Assembly: GCA_051294375.1 (NCBI GenBank)
Contig: CM119270.1
Span: forward strand, 15,223,921-15,287,920
DNA: 64,000 bases
Reading direction: 5' to 3'
Source of the DNA: Paraspadella gotoi
Lineage: Eukaryota > Animalia > Chaetognatha
A program made the translations under genes and the position numbers. Below are positions 13,555 through 26,300 of the stretch, piece after piece. Within the stretch, counting starts at the first letter, position 1. The number at the start of each line of letters is the position of its first letter. The notes beneath the pieces were generated by a model. That model ran no database searches. It was not told where the DNA came from and saw only the letters and a list, made by a program, of their open reading frames with translations.

Positions 13555-15535
13555 CAAAAACCCTTAATCCCCTTTCCCGACAACCTCCAACTTCCCTTCA
13601 TCTCCAACCTCCCCAACTCCCTTACATCCCCTTCTCCCAGACAACCCAATCATCTTTGCCACTGTCAGTCTCTTCATTTTAAACTCGTGCCATAACTACT
13701 CACAAAGCCCCCTAACCATCTCCTTTCCCGACAACCTCGACTACTACCCATTTCAACAACACTTCCTAATCCCACGAGACAACCGAGTTACTACCGACAA
13801 TCTCCCCTTCCCATTTGATGTTACCGCTTATCTCACCTGACACACACACCGCGACTCCCGACTCCCCTTGACATACGGCTCTCCACTGATCCACCGACAA
13901 TACTATCCAACCTCCGCTATTCCCAATCCATCGATCCCCGACACACAGCGCTGACGACCTACGTAAAGCTCGCTTCAATCCCCTTTCACTAGAGTGGAAG
14001 CCAAACCTTCCAACTCCCCCTGAGCAGACGTCCACTTTCCCGACATACACCTCCATACTCGCCATCTCATCTCCTTCCCGACAACCTCCACTCCCCTTCA
14101 TCCCCTTTCCCGACAACGCCTGCCAACTGCCCCTTCATCCCTTTCCCGACAACTCCCACTCCCCTTCATCCCTTTCCCGACAACCTCCAACTCCCCTTCA
14201 TCTCCTTAACCCATACCCCTTACGAGCTACTCAATAACTTCCCATCCCACTTGCACAACTCTCCACCTTCCATCTCCATTCCTACAACCTCCAACTCCCG
14301 TTCATCACCCTTTTCCCGACAACCTCCAACAACTGCCCCTTCATTCCCTTCTCTGAGACAACAATTCATCTCCGCATCACCATTTCCTTCCTTTCATCCC
14401 CTTTCCCGACAACCTCCATCTCCCCTTCACCTATCATCTCTTCTTCTCCGCCAACCTCCGACAACCTTTCCTGTCTCCCACAGTCCTTTCCCTACAGAAC
14501 CTCGCAACTCCCAATCATCCCCTTCTCCCGACAACCTCCAACTCCCCTTCATCCCCTTTCCGACAACCTCCAACTCCCTTCATCCCCTTTCCCGACAACC
14601 TCCAACTTCTTTCATCTCCATTCCGACAACCTCCAACTCCCCTTCAATCTCCATTCCGACAACCTCCAACTCCCCTTAATCCCTTTCCCGACAACTCCTC
14701 CCCATCCCTTTCGACATACCTCCATCCCTTCATCCCTTCCCGACAACCTCCAACTCCCCTTCATCCCTTTCCCGACAACCTCCAACTCCCCTTCATCCCT
14801 TTCCAACAACCTCCAATTCCTCCATCCTCCATTCCCGACAACACTCCAACTCCCCTTAACCCCTCTCCCGACAACCTCCTACTCCTTCATCCCCTTTCCC
14901 GACAACCTCCAACTCCCCTTAATCCCCTTTCCCGACCCCTCCTACTCCCACTTCATCTCCTTTCTCGACAACCTCCAACTCCCCTTATCCCCTTTCCCGA
15001 ACACCTCGCAACTCCCTTCATCCCTTTCCCGAACAACATACTCCAANNNNNNNNNNNNNNNNNNNNNNNNNCCATCCCTACAACCTCCAACTCCCCTTCA
15101 TCCCCTTTCCCGACAACCTCCAAACTCCCCTTCATCCCCTTTCCTGACAACCTCCACCCCCTTCATCCCCTTTCCCGACAACTCCACTCCCCTTCATCCC
15201 TTCATCTCTTTCCCGACAACTCCAACTTTCTTCATCCCTTCCTACAACCTCCAACTCCCCTTCATCCCTCCCAACAACCTCCAACTTTCCCTTCATCCCA
15301 TTCCCGACAACCTCCAACTCCCCTTCACTCCATTCCGACAACCCTCCCCATCTCCCCTTCATCCCTTCATCTCTTTTCCCGACAACCTCCAACTTTCCTT
15401 CATCTCCATTCCCTACAACCTCCAACTCCCCTTCATCCCCTTTCCCGACAACCTCCAACTCCCCTTCATCCCCTTTCCCGACAACCTCCTACTCCCCTTC
15501 ATCTCCTTTCCCGACAACCTCCAAATCCCCTCCAT
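13555..15535. repeat. 33-bp C-rich/G-rich minisatellite in intron 5 of the zinc-finger gene
   Basis: Unit CCGACAACCTCCAACTCCCCTTCATCCCCTTTC repeated for about 2 kb, cleanest at 14520-15530 and degraded at 13700-14500; includes a 25-N gap. Confidence 0.92.
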
Positions 15536-16365
15536 CCATTCTTGACCGACAAGAAGGAAATATTGAACAATTTTCGGATGCATCAGTCATTTCAATCCCA
15601 AGTCTTGTGCCCTTTTCTCTACGATCGTATCCCTGCCCCTCGATATTAATCCCGCCGGTTCTCGTTCGCTTGTCCCAACCCTATTTTGACCCAACCGCCA
15701 CCCCCACCACACCCCCCTCCCTCCTCCTCCCCTCATAACTCTGATCCAAATCTCTTAACGACGAAATCGGCGGAGGAAAGTCGAAGTCTCGAGAAGAAAA
15801 TTTGGAAAAGGCTGAGGACCGAAGCGTCGATGGGATTGGAGCGGAAGTGGGAGCGAAGAAATGGCGAGGATTGAGTGCAATGGCAACGTCAGTTGGACTA
15901 GAAGATATTTATAATATTAGTTTGGCAATGTTTTATTGCGAAACAATTTTAAAAATAAATTTGCTTTCTTTGTTTTCTTCGTTTGGCCTCTTTGCAAGAA
16001 CCTCCCAATGACAATGCATCCTACCCGAACCAAATTTTCAAGCCGCTCACCACAATCGGCCTTTGACTCAAACACCAATATCCACCCACCAACCCACCCA
16101 CCCACCCACTCACTCGACCACCCCACCTATCCCTACAACCGCGCCCACAAACGCCCACCGCATCCACTTGAGCCAAACGACGTCGGCTGATGAAGAGCAT
16201 CGCGGAATTCGGGGGCAGCATAAAAGGAAAATGGCGGCGGCCGGCGGGCGGCGGCGGCGGGCGGGCGGCGCTGCCGGCTGCCGAATCGGAGGAGGAACGA
16301 CTCGGGACTCGGAACTATTCCCAGAGCAAACATTGCATCGCGAGCGATTTTTGTTGTTGTTACTG

Positions 16366-16401
<36 letters not shown>

Positions 16402-17353
16402 GCATCGCTGTTGCTTTTGTGACTCATGGGCTCCGGAGGATCGGATCACGACGAAAGTGGGAATATCTCTCTCTCTCTCTCGTCCCTCTCTCTCTCTCCG
16501 CCCTTTTCCTCTGACTGCTTATCTCTCTTCTCTCATCTCTCTCTCTCTCTATCTCCACTATAATCTGCAACAAACGGAGAGGCTGAGAGCCAATCGCGGT
16601 TTTCCTTCGATTGGATCACCTCTTTGTTTTTCTCCCTTTTTCCCTTCTTTTGCATGATAACTTTTTTTTCTATTGTCAAGAGAAAGAAAGAGGTAATAGT
16701 ATCGATGAGTATTAATTAACATTGAATAGTTTTGAATAATTTTATTGAATTGATATCATAATGCGTTTTTTCCTGTTTCGTTTACTTCAAAATTTCCTTT
16801 CTTTTTATTCTGATTGGATTTGTCCTTTTTAAATTATCTTTCTTATCTCTACCACTTCATTTTATTTTGTATTATATTTAAAAAAAATCTTTATCCATCG
16901 ATTTTAAATTTGCTCTCCCTTCATTTTCACTTTCTCTTCCCCATCCATCCTTTCCTTTTTCGGCTTTCACAGAGTGACTCGTTCTCTCACTAAATATTTC
17001 ACAGCGAAAGGAACAAAATCACGCAACCTTTCCGTTTTATAATTTATTTATAAATATTAAAAATTGAAAAAACCAGAATCACTTTAAGTTTTTCTTTCAA
17101 AAGACGTCAGTTTTTAAACAAAAGATGCATTTCACCGTCGCTCTAAGTCCCACCGGCAGATTCCGCTTTCGTATCAGAAGCACGACGACGACGACGACGA
17201 CGACAGCAAACGACGGCCAGCCTCGCGCCGATGCCATGATTGATGACCAAAGAAAACGGGGTCCCGTTTATTCCAAGACCGGCGCCAACCACGCCGGCCA
17301 GGAGTTGGACCGGCGCTATTTCGGCGCGGACCAGAGCTTCGACTCTCTGTCTT

Positions 17354-17439
<86 letters not shown>

Positions 17440-17507
17440 CCCGCTTCCAATTATCTTTATCCTCTCTCTGACAATTTTGAGTGACGCTCCAGATCGAGGC
17501 AAAAAGA

Positions 17508-17596
<89 letters not shown>

Positions 17597-18076
17597 GAGA
17601 GAGAGAGAGAGAGAGAGAAAGCGCACTTTTTGATATTTATTGCCGTTACGAAAAACGTTTAAGGCGGCCAAGGGTGGTGCGCTTATGATTGATGAGTTCT
17701 TGAGTGAAAAAGTGAAGATCGCAAGATTTTTTTTCTCCCAAAACTCTGCAATGCTGAATCCCGAGGAATCTCGAGGAATTCTTTCGTCAGGAGAATATAT
17801 TGGCTAAAAATATCATTGACTGAGGCTTTTGGTCAAGTTCAGTACAAAATACTACGTACATTTTTCATTATAATTTAAAGAAAAGATATTGTACTAAGAG
17901 TTCACCAAAAAAATCTGTAAAAAAAAAGAAAAGAAAAGAAAACAAAAACAAAAAAAATACAAAAACGAAAACAAACAAAAGCACAAGCAAAAACAAAAGA
18001 AGAAACAAAACAAAAAAAATTAAACCAAAAAAATAAAAAACATAACCCGGCAACCAAACTCTCTCTCAAAACTCAC

Positions 18077-18398
18077 TGGCGTCGGCGCTGGAGGATGAAG
18101 GACTCGTCCCCGCGTTGGATTCTCCGTCGTAGAACCCGTTCGTCGACGGCGTCTCAGAAGACGGACTCTCCTGTTGCTGCAGCTGCTGCTGCTGTTGCAT
18201 CATCGAATCCGTTTCCGCGTTCTCGAAGGAATGCTGCTTCGGAAGAGAGAGGTCTTGGACTTCGTCGTCGTCGTTGTTGTCGTTGGGGACGGGATTATTG
18301 TTGTTGTTGTTGTTGGTGACGACGACGAGGTTGTCCGGATGAGTGGAACTCGTCTTCAGCAAAAAATTGGAGGCCAAATCTTGGAGCGAGGAGAGAAC
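18077..18398 (-). CDS. Coding exon 5 of the zinc-finger gene (poly-N/poly-Q, VQDLSLP motif)
   Basis: Acceptor cctccgccag| in phase 0 gives VLSSLQDLASNF...SSADA. Donor GCCA|gtgagt at 18076 is phase 1, matching exon 6. If the donor is unused, a stop follows at 18068-18066. Confidence 0.8.
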
Positions 18399-18477
18399 CT
18401 GGCGGAGGCAGGGGAAGATGAAAAGGTAAGTTATATTTAATCAAATCGGGATTCCAAAAAAGGTATTTAGAACTTAC

Positions 18478-18547
18478 CTTAATGTCGCCTGAGTTGAGGA
18501 GTTCGTAGCTGCAATTTTGATTCTGCAGAGATTTGGCCGTCAGGTCG
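18478..18547 (-). CDS. Coding exon 4 of the zinc-finger gene
   Basis: Acceptor tttttccag|C and donor AAG|gtaagt. 70 nt, phase 2 in and phase 0 out, matching both neighbours; encodes DLTAKSLQNQNCSYELLNSGDIK. Confidence 0.82.
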
Positions 18548-18813
18548 CTGGAAAAAGGAAAAATTAGTCAATTAGATTAATTGCTAATCATTATTATCTT
18601 TCGTAAACCGTCTGATTTTTTTCCTTTCCCTTCCATCCATCCATCCTTCTCCAAACCTTCCGCAGTCATTTTATATTCTCTGCCCTAATTTTCCCTCGCC
18701 TCTTTCCCCTATATTTTTATCCCCAACCCATGTCCTTTTCCCCATCTCCCTGCCTATTTCCCCTCCCCCTTTCTCTGCCCTCCCCCATCCTTTCCCCATC
18801 CTCTTCCCCTCAC

Positions 18814-19069
18814 CCTCTGGCCCGCTGCTTGAGGAATTTCTTCGGCCATTTTCCGGCGCCTTTTTTCCTCTCGCCGGAATGCGCGCCCAGAGACGCCGAC
18901 GACGCCGCTGAGGTCGATGTCGCTGCCGCCGACGCAGCCGCCGACGCAGCCGCAGCCGCCGACGCAGCCGACACCGTCATCTCTGGACTCAGAGTGTCGG
19001 CGCCAACGATGACGCCGTTTTTGCGAATCGCTAACAGAGGAAGAGCGGCGTCGATGGAAAATCCATTAG
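18814..19069 (-). CDS. Coding exon 3 of the zinc-finger gene (poly-Ala, basic segment)
   Basis: Acceptor tcgtttttcag|CT and donor GG|gtgagg. 256 nt, phase 1 in and phase 2 out; encodes ANGFSIDAALPLL...KWPKKFLKQRARG. Confidence 0.82.
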
Positions 19070-19333
19070 CTGAAAAACGAAAAATCTTCGCTTTCAAAAA
19101 TTAAAAATATAATATTGTGGCGCCAGTTATTAATACGCCGCCAATCGTACAAATATCCAACGGCATCATTGCATTGGCGCCAGAGGTGCTAGCGCGCACT
19201 CTTCCAAATCGAATGGACGCGGTTTCGCGCCTTAAGCCGATCGGCGTTGCTGTCAGAACCGAATTTATGAAACTTGTATGCAATGACATGGATTTCACAA
19301 ACAATTAAGAGTAAATTTTAAAGATGGCGTTAC

Positions 19334-19541
19334 CCTTTATGTCGGTCGACGTTGACGACGCCCATTTCCCGGCGTCACCCGCTTTTCTGACGCCGCTGAC
19401 ACCGTTCTCTTTTCCGCCATCTCCCTTCCACATCAGCGTGAGGCTGGAGTGGCGGGAGTTTTTGTGATAACTCAACATCTTCGGATTTCGGCAGGAAAAT
19501 TGGCACTCGTCGCAGTAGAACTGATTCGGACCGGAGTGGAC
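19334..19541 (-). CDS. Coding exon 2 of the zinc-finger gene (finger 2)
   Basis: Acceptor ttcttcatcctcag| and donor AAGG|gtaacg. 208 nt encoding VHSGPNQFYCDECQFSCRNPKMLSYHKNSRH...; its first residues VH complete finger 1 begun in exon 1. Not in the ORF track. Confidence 0.9.
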
Positions 19542-19824
19542 CTGAGGATGAAGAATTAAAATTAAAAATTAAACCCGAGTTAAGTTCTCGAACGAGCTTT
19601 GTCGCGAGAGAGCCTGATTACGTCTCACATGTGTTGGAGCATAAAATTGAAATGTTACTAAAAAGCTTTAAGAATTTGTTAACTTTTATGTGTTTAAGTG
19701 TTAACTGTTAAGTGTTTTTATTGAACTTTTAACGATTAACGGTTTTCCCAATGTCTTTCTCTGTCTCTCGTCTCATCTCACTCTCTATTTCTTTCGTCAC
19801 ATCCCTCTCCCACTCCATCTTCAC

Positions 19825-20379
19825 CTTGAGATGTCGCTGGTAGTTGCTCAGCCACCTGGACTTGTAATCGCAGATGCTGCACGCGTACACCTGCTTGTCC
19901 CTGACGCCGCCTCCTACGGCCACACCGGCGCCCGTCATCGCCAGCGGGTGATGCATCGCCGCCACGCCGAGAAAGTCCTGCGGCGAAACCGCCGCCGCAG
20001 CCGCGGCCGCCGCTGCGTTCAACACGCCGCCTTTCCCGCCGTTTCCGTGCGCGCCGCCGCTGGAGCGGACGAGCCGATTCAACTTTTCGAAGATGCTGAG
20101 GCTGTCCGGATCGGATGGAGGCTGGGGCGGAGGCGCGGAGGACGCCGGCGATACCGACGACGCCGCCGACGCCGCGACGCTCTTCGGCGACGAACCGGCG
20201 TCGTTTTCGTCGTCGTCTTCGTCGGCGTCGTTCGTCTCGGACGGAGGCGGCGACGCGAGTCTTGAAGGCCACGACTTGAGGAAGAGGTGATTGGCGGCGC
20301 CGGATGGAAGAGGATCGAAAGCGGCGCCGTTGACGCCGGATACCGGCGCTACGCGCGTCGATTCCATCGAATCTCGCAT
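19825..20379 (-). CDS. First coding exon of the zinc-finger gene (finger 1, split by the intron)
   Basis: ATG at 20379; 185 codons ending YACSICDYKSRWLSNYQRHLK|gtgaag. The second His of the finger is supplied by exon 2. Confidence 0.88.
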
Positions 20380-20494
20380 CGTCGAGAGGAAAACAAAATT
20401 TTGCTTGTTTTGGTTTTTGCTTATTTTGTTTTGTTCATTTTACGTTCGCCTTTTTAAAAAATCGTCTCTGAGGCTCAGGCGCGGTGGTAGGGAG

Positions 20495-20529
20495 AGGTCA
20501 AAGGTCAAACGAAGGTCAAACGAAGGTCA
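20495..20529 (+). promoter_or_regulatory. Four perfect AGGTCA nuclear-receptor half-sites (DR1+DR5+DR5)
   Basis: AGGTCA-a-AGGTCA-aacga-AGGTCA-aacga-AGGTCA, 116-150 bp upstream of the zinc-finger ATG. The motif is seen directly; function is inferred. Confidence 0.4.
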
Positions 20530-21679
20530 AATAATGGGAAACGCCCCCCCAACCCGTGACCAAAAAAATAGGGAAATTCACGATTGCGGGTTTCACGAGG
20601 GAGAAGGAAGAAAATCACAGATTCGAACGGATGATCGTTGTTGTTGTCGTTGTCGTTGTCGTTGTTAACCGTTTGACTAGGAAAGGAAAGAGGGTTTTTT
20701 CCTGTTGCGTTCTCGAGTTTTGTGCCAGGATCTTTCCGCGTCATGTCGTGTCAGATGTCATGTCAAAAGCCGTCGCATCGCGCATCGTTGCGTGTCGAAT
20801 AGAACGATGCTCGTGTTAATGTTATTTGGCATTTTTATAAAAAAGATTCTATTATTTTTTTTTTCAGATGAAAAAAAAATTGAGGAGAGAAGACAGTTAA
20901 GGCGAAATCCGACTGAATTGGATCGGAATTGTTTTTTTGTTGTTGTTCTTGTTGTTTTTTTTTTTTTTGAGATAGAGAGAAAAAAAAATGAAAAGGCAAC
21001 TGCAGTATGACACTTTTGTTCTTTTATTTCACGTGGTTTCCTTTGTTTCGCTAATTGTTAATCGTTCCAAAAAAAAAAGTTATTGTTGTTAAATTGTCTC
21101 GGTAAAAACTACGTTTGTTAACTTTCTGGTTGTGTTAAATGCGGTTTTTGTTTCTCTTTGGTCTTTTGTTTGTTATATTACTTGCACAAAACTACGACAG
21201 GGTGCGTGAGAGGAAAGGTTTTTTTGGGGTGAGTTTTCGGATGCTTTTATGGGGATTTTCAGAGAGAATAGAGTCACTTTGGATTAGGGTGGTTGCGGGG
21301 AAACGGGTTTTCTAAATTAGGATGGTTCTGTTTTGTTTTTTAAAAATATTTTTCTTTCTAATCAGGAATTAAATGAGGAGGGGGTTTTTAAGGTTTTAGG
21401 TTTTTTGGATTTTTTTTTTCGTTCCTTCAGTCGAGGGTGAAATAGGAGGATGAAACAATTGCGTTTTGGGGAGAATATACTACGACTAGTGATGATGGGA
21501 TGGACGTGCGGTTGTTCACTTCACATTCACAGTTCACAGTTCACAGTGAGGTTAGTGTCCTTTTTGAAATTTTTTTCTGGTCTTTGATCTCTGGAAAGAA
21601 AAAAGATAAATGGAGAGCGGTGGTAATTGTTACACTCAACAATAATGTTGTATCGAAGTCGTCGTTGTTGTAAACTCAC

Positions 21680-21789
21680 CTCCGCTAGAGGGTGCGACTT
21701 GATTCCATTGCTATTTTGTTAGTACTTTCGACTCCTACTTTTTTCCCGGAAATCATCGTCACGATGAGAAGGCGCGCGCATCGTCGGTT
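21680..21789 (-). other. Probable non-coding 5'-UTR exon of the zinc-finger gene
   Basis: 110 nt bounded by cttcctttgcag| and GAG|gtgagt, on the same strand 1.3 kb upstream of the ATG; contains only short ATG-initiated frames that stop within the exon. Confidence 0.45.
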
Positions 21790-23268
21790 CTGCAAAGGAA
21801 GCGTTTCGGTTATTCAATTCATTATTTTATTTATAACAAAATAAGCTACTCATTCCTGACTTTGGCCAAGTTAATTTTCAAACTTACACGTCTTTATGAG
21901 TCGATTTAACATTTTAAAATATATCTTTCAAATACATATGTCATTTTTCTAAAGACTATCAACATTTTTTTGCGTCGTACTTCTGCTTAACATTTCGAAA
22001 ACAAGTCGTAGTGCGTATTAACAAGAATTTAAGTCGAAGAAAAAGAAAAAAAAAAAGTTTTCGACTTTTCCTTCTGACTTTTTCGGTTTCACTTTTCGGG
22101 GGGAGGATCCGCGAGCGTCACAGAGAGTCGGATGTTCACAACATTTCACAAGTTTTTTTTTTTTAAGTAATATAACGCGGGGCAAAGGTAAAATTCCGAA
22201 TCAACCACATGCTCTTTTCTCAAAAACAAAATGTAGTCCGAGTCAATCTCTCTNNNNNNNNNNNNNNNNNNNNNNNNNNNNNNNNNNNNNNNNNNNNNNN
22301 NNNNNNNNNNNNNNNNNNNNNNNNNNNNNNNNNNNNNNNNNNNNNNNNNNNNNNNNNNNNNNNNNNNNNNNNNNNNNNNNNNNNNNNNNNNNNNNNNNNN
22401 NNNNNNNNNNNNNNNNNNNNNNNNNNNNNNNNNNNNNNNNNNNNNNNNNNNNNNNNNNNNNNNNNNNNNNNNNNNNNNNNNNNNNNNNNNNNNNNNNNNN
22501 NNNNNNNNNNNNNNNNNNNNNNNNNNNNNNNNNNNNNNNNNNNNNNNNNNNNNNNNNNNNNNNNNNNNNNNNNNNNNNNNNNNNNNNNNNNNNNNNNNNN
22601 NNNNNNNNNNNNNNNNNNNNNNNNNNNNNNNNNNNNNNNNNNNNNNNNNNNNNNNNNNNNNNNNNNNNNNNNNNNNNNNNNNNNNNNNNNNNNNNNNNNN
22701 NNNNNNNNNNNNNNNNNNNNNNNNNNNNNNNNNNNNNNNNNNNNNNNNNNNNNNNNNNNNNNNNNNNNNNNNNNNNNNNNNNNNNNNNNNNNNNNNNNNN
22801 NNNNNNNNNNNNNNNNNNNNNNNNNAAAATTTAAGGGTGATTTAAAAGATGAAGAAACATCACCACCTCTGAAAATCCAAAGTCCAACAAAACTTTTGGT
22901 CCGATCGACCAGTGTCGGTCGGGTGACGGATGCTCTCCGCTTCGTGATTTTCTTCTCCCCTTTCTATTATCATTACTATCATTCCTCTCATTTCCTCTCT
23001 ATTTTTTTCCCTCACTCCTCTTTCCCCCTCTGTGGTATCTTATCATCTCTTCTTTAATTTTATTTCTCATCTTTTCTTCTCTTTGCTTTCTCATCTTCAC
23101 TCTCTTTCCTTCTTTCTTTTTTCTTACCCCCTTTTAATCGCTCTCTCTCTCTCTCTCTCTCTCTNNNNNNNNNNNNNNNNNNNNNNNNNGAGAGAGAGGA
23201 GAGAGAGGAGACGCAGAAAGAAGAGAGAGAGAAGAGAGAGAGAGAGAGGAAGAGAGAGAGAGAGAGAT

Positions 23269-23314
<46 letters not shown>

Positions 23315-23324
23315 AGAGAGAGAA

Positions 23325-26300
23325 GCGCACTTTTCTGATATTATTAGCCGTTACGGAAAAACGCGTTTAGGCGTGGGCCAAAGGGCGATGAGCTTCTTGA
23401 GCTGAAAAGTGAAGATCGAAGTTTTTTTCTCCCAAAACTGCTGCAGGATGCTAGAATCCCGAGGGAAATCTCAGGGAGCATTCTTTGGGCAGAAGTAATT
23501 AGGCTAAAATGCAATTGACTGGAGGCTGTTTTGGTCAAGTTTCAGTCAAGCAAATACGCGTACATTTTCATTAATATTATAAAGAATAAGATATTGTTAC
23601 TAGAAGTTTCACCAAAAAATCTGTAAAAAAAAAGAAAAGAAAAGAAAACAAAAACAAGAAAAAATACAAAAACGAAAACAAAAAAGCACAAGCAAAAACA
23701 TAAAGAAGAAACAAAACAAAAAAATTAAATCAAAAAATAAAAAACAATAACCGCTGCTCTCTCAAACTCTGGGCGTCGGCGCTGGAAGGATGAATGGACT
23801 CGTCCGCGTTGGATTCTCCGTCGTAGAACCGTTCGTCGACGGCGTATCAGAAGAGGACTCTCCTGTTGCTGCAGCCATGCTGCTGCTGTTGCAATCATCG
23901 AATCCGTTTCCTCCGCGTTCTCGAAAGAATGCTGCTTCCGGAGACGAGAGGTTTGGACTTCGTCGTCGTCTTGTTGTCGTGGGGAGGGGAATTATTTGTT
24001 GTTTGTTGAGTTAGTTGGTGAACGCGAACGAGGTTGTCCGGATGAAGTGAATCGTCCTTCAGCAAATTGGAAGGCCAAATTGGAGGGGCGATGGAGAGAA
24101 CGCTGGCGGAGGCAGGGAAGAATGAAAAAGGTAAGTTTATATGTTAATCAAATCGGGATTCCAAAAAAGGTATTTAGAACTTACACTTAATGTCGCCTGA
24201 GTGTCAGGAGTTCTTCCAGCTGCAAATTTTGATTCTGCAGAGATTTGGGCCAGTCAGGTCGCTGGAAAAAGGAAAAATTAGTCCAAGTTAGATTAATTGC
24301 TAATCATTATTTGTTTCGTAAACTGATTTTTTTTTCCTTTCCTCCTCACCCATCCGGCTCCAAACCTCCCGCAGTCTTTTATATTCTCTGCCTAATTTTC
24401 CTCGCTCTTCCCCTAATATTTTTATCCCAACCATGTCTTTTTCCCATGCTCCCTGCTATTTCCCCTCCCGCTCTTTCTCTGCCCTCAACCATCTTTTCCC
24501 CATCTCTTCCCTCCTCTGGCCCCTGCTTGAGGATTTCTTCGTTGGCCATTTTCGGCGCCTTTTTTCTCTCGCCGAATGCGCGCACAGAGACGGCCGACGA
24601 CGCCGCATGAGGTCGATGTCTGCGCGCGACGCAGCGCCGAACGCAGCCAAGCGCGCCGACGCCAGCCGACCCGTCATCTCTGGACTCCAGAGTGTCGGCG
24701 TGGCCCAACGATGACGCCGGTTTTTGCGGATATCGCTAACAGAGGAAGAGCCGGCGTCGATGGAAAAATCCATATTTTCGCTTTACAATTAAAAAATTAA
24801 TATTGTTGGCGCCAGTATAATTAATCACGCCGCCATGTACAAATATCCAACGGCATCATTGGCATTGGCGCCAAGAGGTGCTAGCGCGCACTTCTTCCAA
24901 TGAAATGGAACGCGGTTTCGCGCCTTAAGACGATCAGCGTTGCTGTCAGAGACCGCCCATTTCTGAAACTTGTATGCAATGCCATGGATTTCACAAACAA
25001 TTAAGAGTAAATTTTTAAAGATGGCGTTACCTCTTTATGTCGTCGCGTTGACGACGCCTTTCCGGCGTCACCCGCTTTCTGACGCCGCTGACACGTTCTC
25101 TTTTCCGCAGTCTGCCTTCCACAGTCAGCGATGAGGCTGGAGTGGCGGAGATTTTTGATGATAACTCAACTCTTCGATTTCGGCAGGAAAATTGCACCCG
25201 TCGCAGTAGAACTAGATTCGGACGCGCGTGGATACCTTGAGAGATGAAGAATTAAAATTAAAAATTAAACCGCGGTTAAGTTCTCGAACGCCGGCTTGTG
25301 TGCGAGAAGCCTGAATTACGTCTCAGCATGTGTTGGAGATAAAATTTGAATGTTACTTAAAAAGCTTTTAAGAATTTGTTACTATTTATAGTGTTTAAGT
25401 GTTAACTGTTAAATGTGTTTTTATTTTGAACTTTTTAACGTTACAGGTTTTCCAATGTCTTTCTCTGTCTCTCGTTCTCATCTCACTCCTATTCTCTTTC
25501 GTCACAGCCGCTGCTTCCCCACTCCAATCTTCACCTTGAGATGATCGCTGGGTTAGTTTGCAGTGGACGCGCACCTGGAACTTGTAAATCGCAGATTGCT
25601 GCACGCGTAGATGCCTTGCTTGTCACTTGACGCGCCTTCCTACGCCAATACGGCGCCCGTCATCGCAGCGGGTGATGATCGCCGCCACGCCGAGAAAGTC
25701 CTAGCAGGCGAAACACGCGGCCGCAGACCGCGCGGCCGCTGCGTTCAACACGCCGCTTTCCCCCGTTTCCGTGCGCGCGCCGCTGGAGGACGGCCGATTC
25801 AACTTTTCGAAGATGCTGACAGGCGTCCGGATCGGATGGAGGCTGGGGCGAGGGCGCGAGGACCCGGGCGATACCGGGACGACCGCCGACGCCGGCCGTT
25901 CTTCGGCGACGAACCGGCGATCGTTTTCGTCGTCGTCTTCGTCGGCGTCGTTCGTGCTCGGAAGGAGGCGGCGACGCGGAGATCTTGTAAGCGCCAGAAC
26001 TATGCAGGAAGAGGTTTTGAAATTGGCGCGCCGGAATGGAATGAGGGATCCGGAAGAAGCGAGGCGTCTAGTTAGGAACGTTTGACTCATCGGAATAACA
26101 CTAGGCGTCTACGCGAGCGTCGATTCATCGATCTCCATCCGTCGGAGGAAAACAAAATTTTGCTTGTTTTATGGTTTTTGCCTTACTTTTGTTTTGTCAG
26201 TTTTAAAACGAGTTCGTCCTTTTTTAAAAAATCGTCTCTGAGGCTCAGGCGACGGTGGTAGGGAAAGTCAATAAGGGTCAAACCGAAGTCAAACGAAGGA

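Noticed and set aside
17125-17350. Protein-like frame MIDDQRKRGPVYSKTG... and its antisense frames
   Set aside because: Short, runs into microsatellite, no splice pair or recognisable domain.
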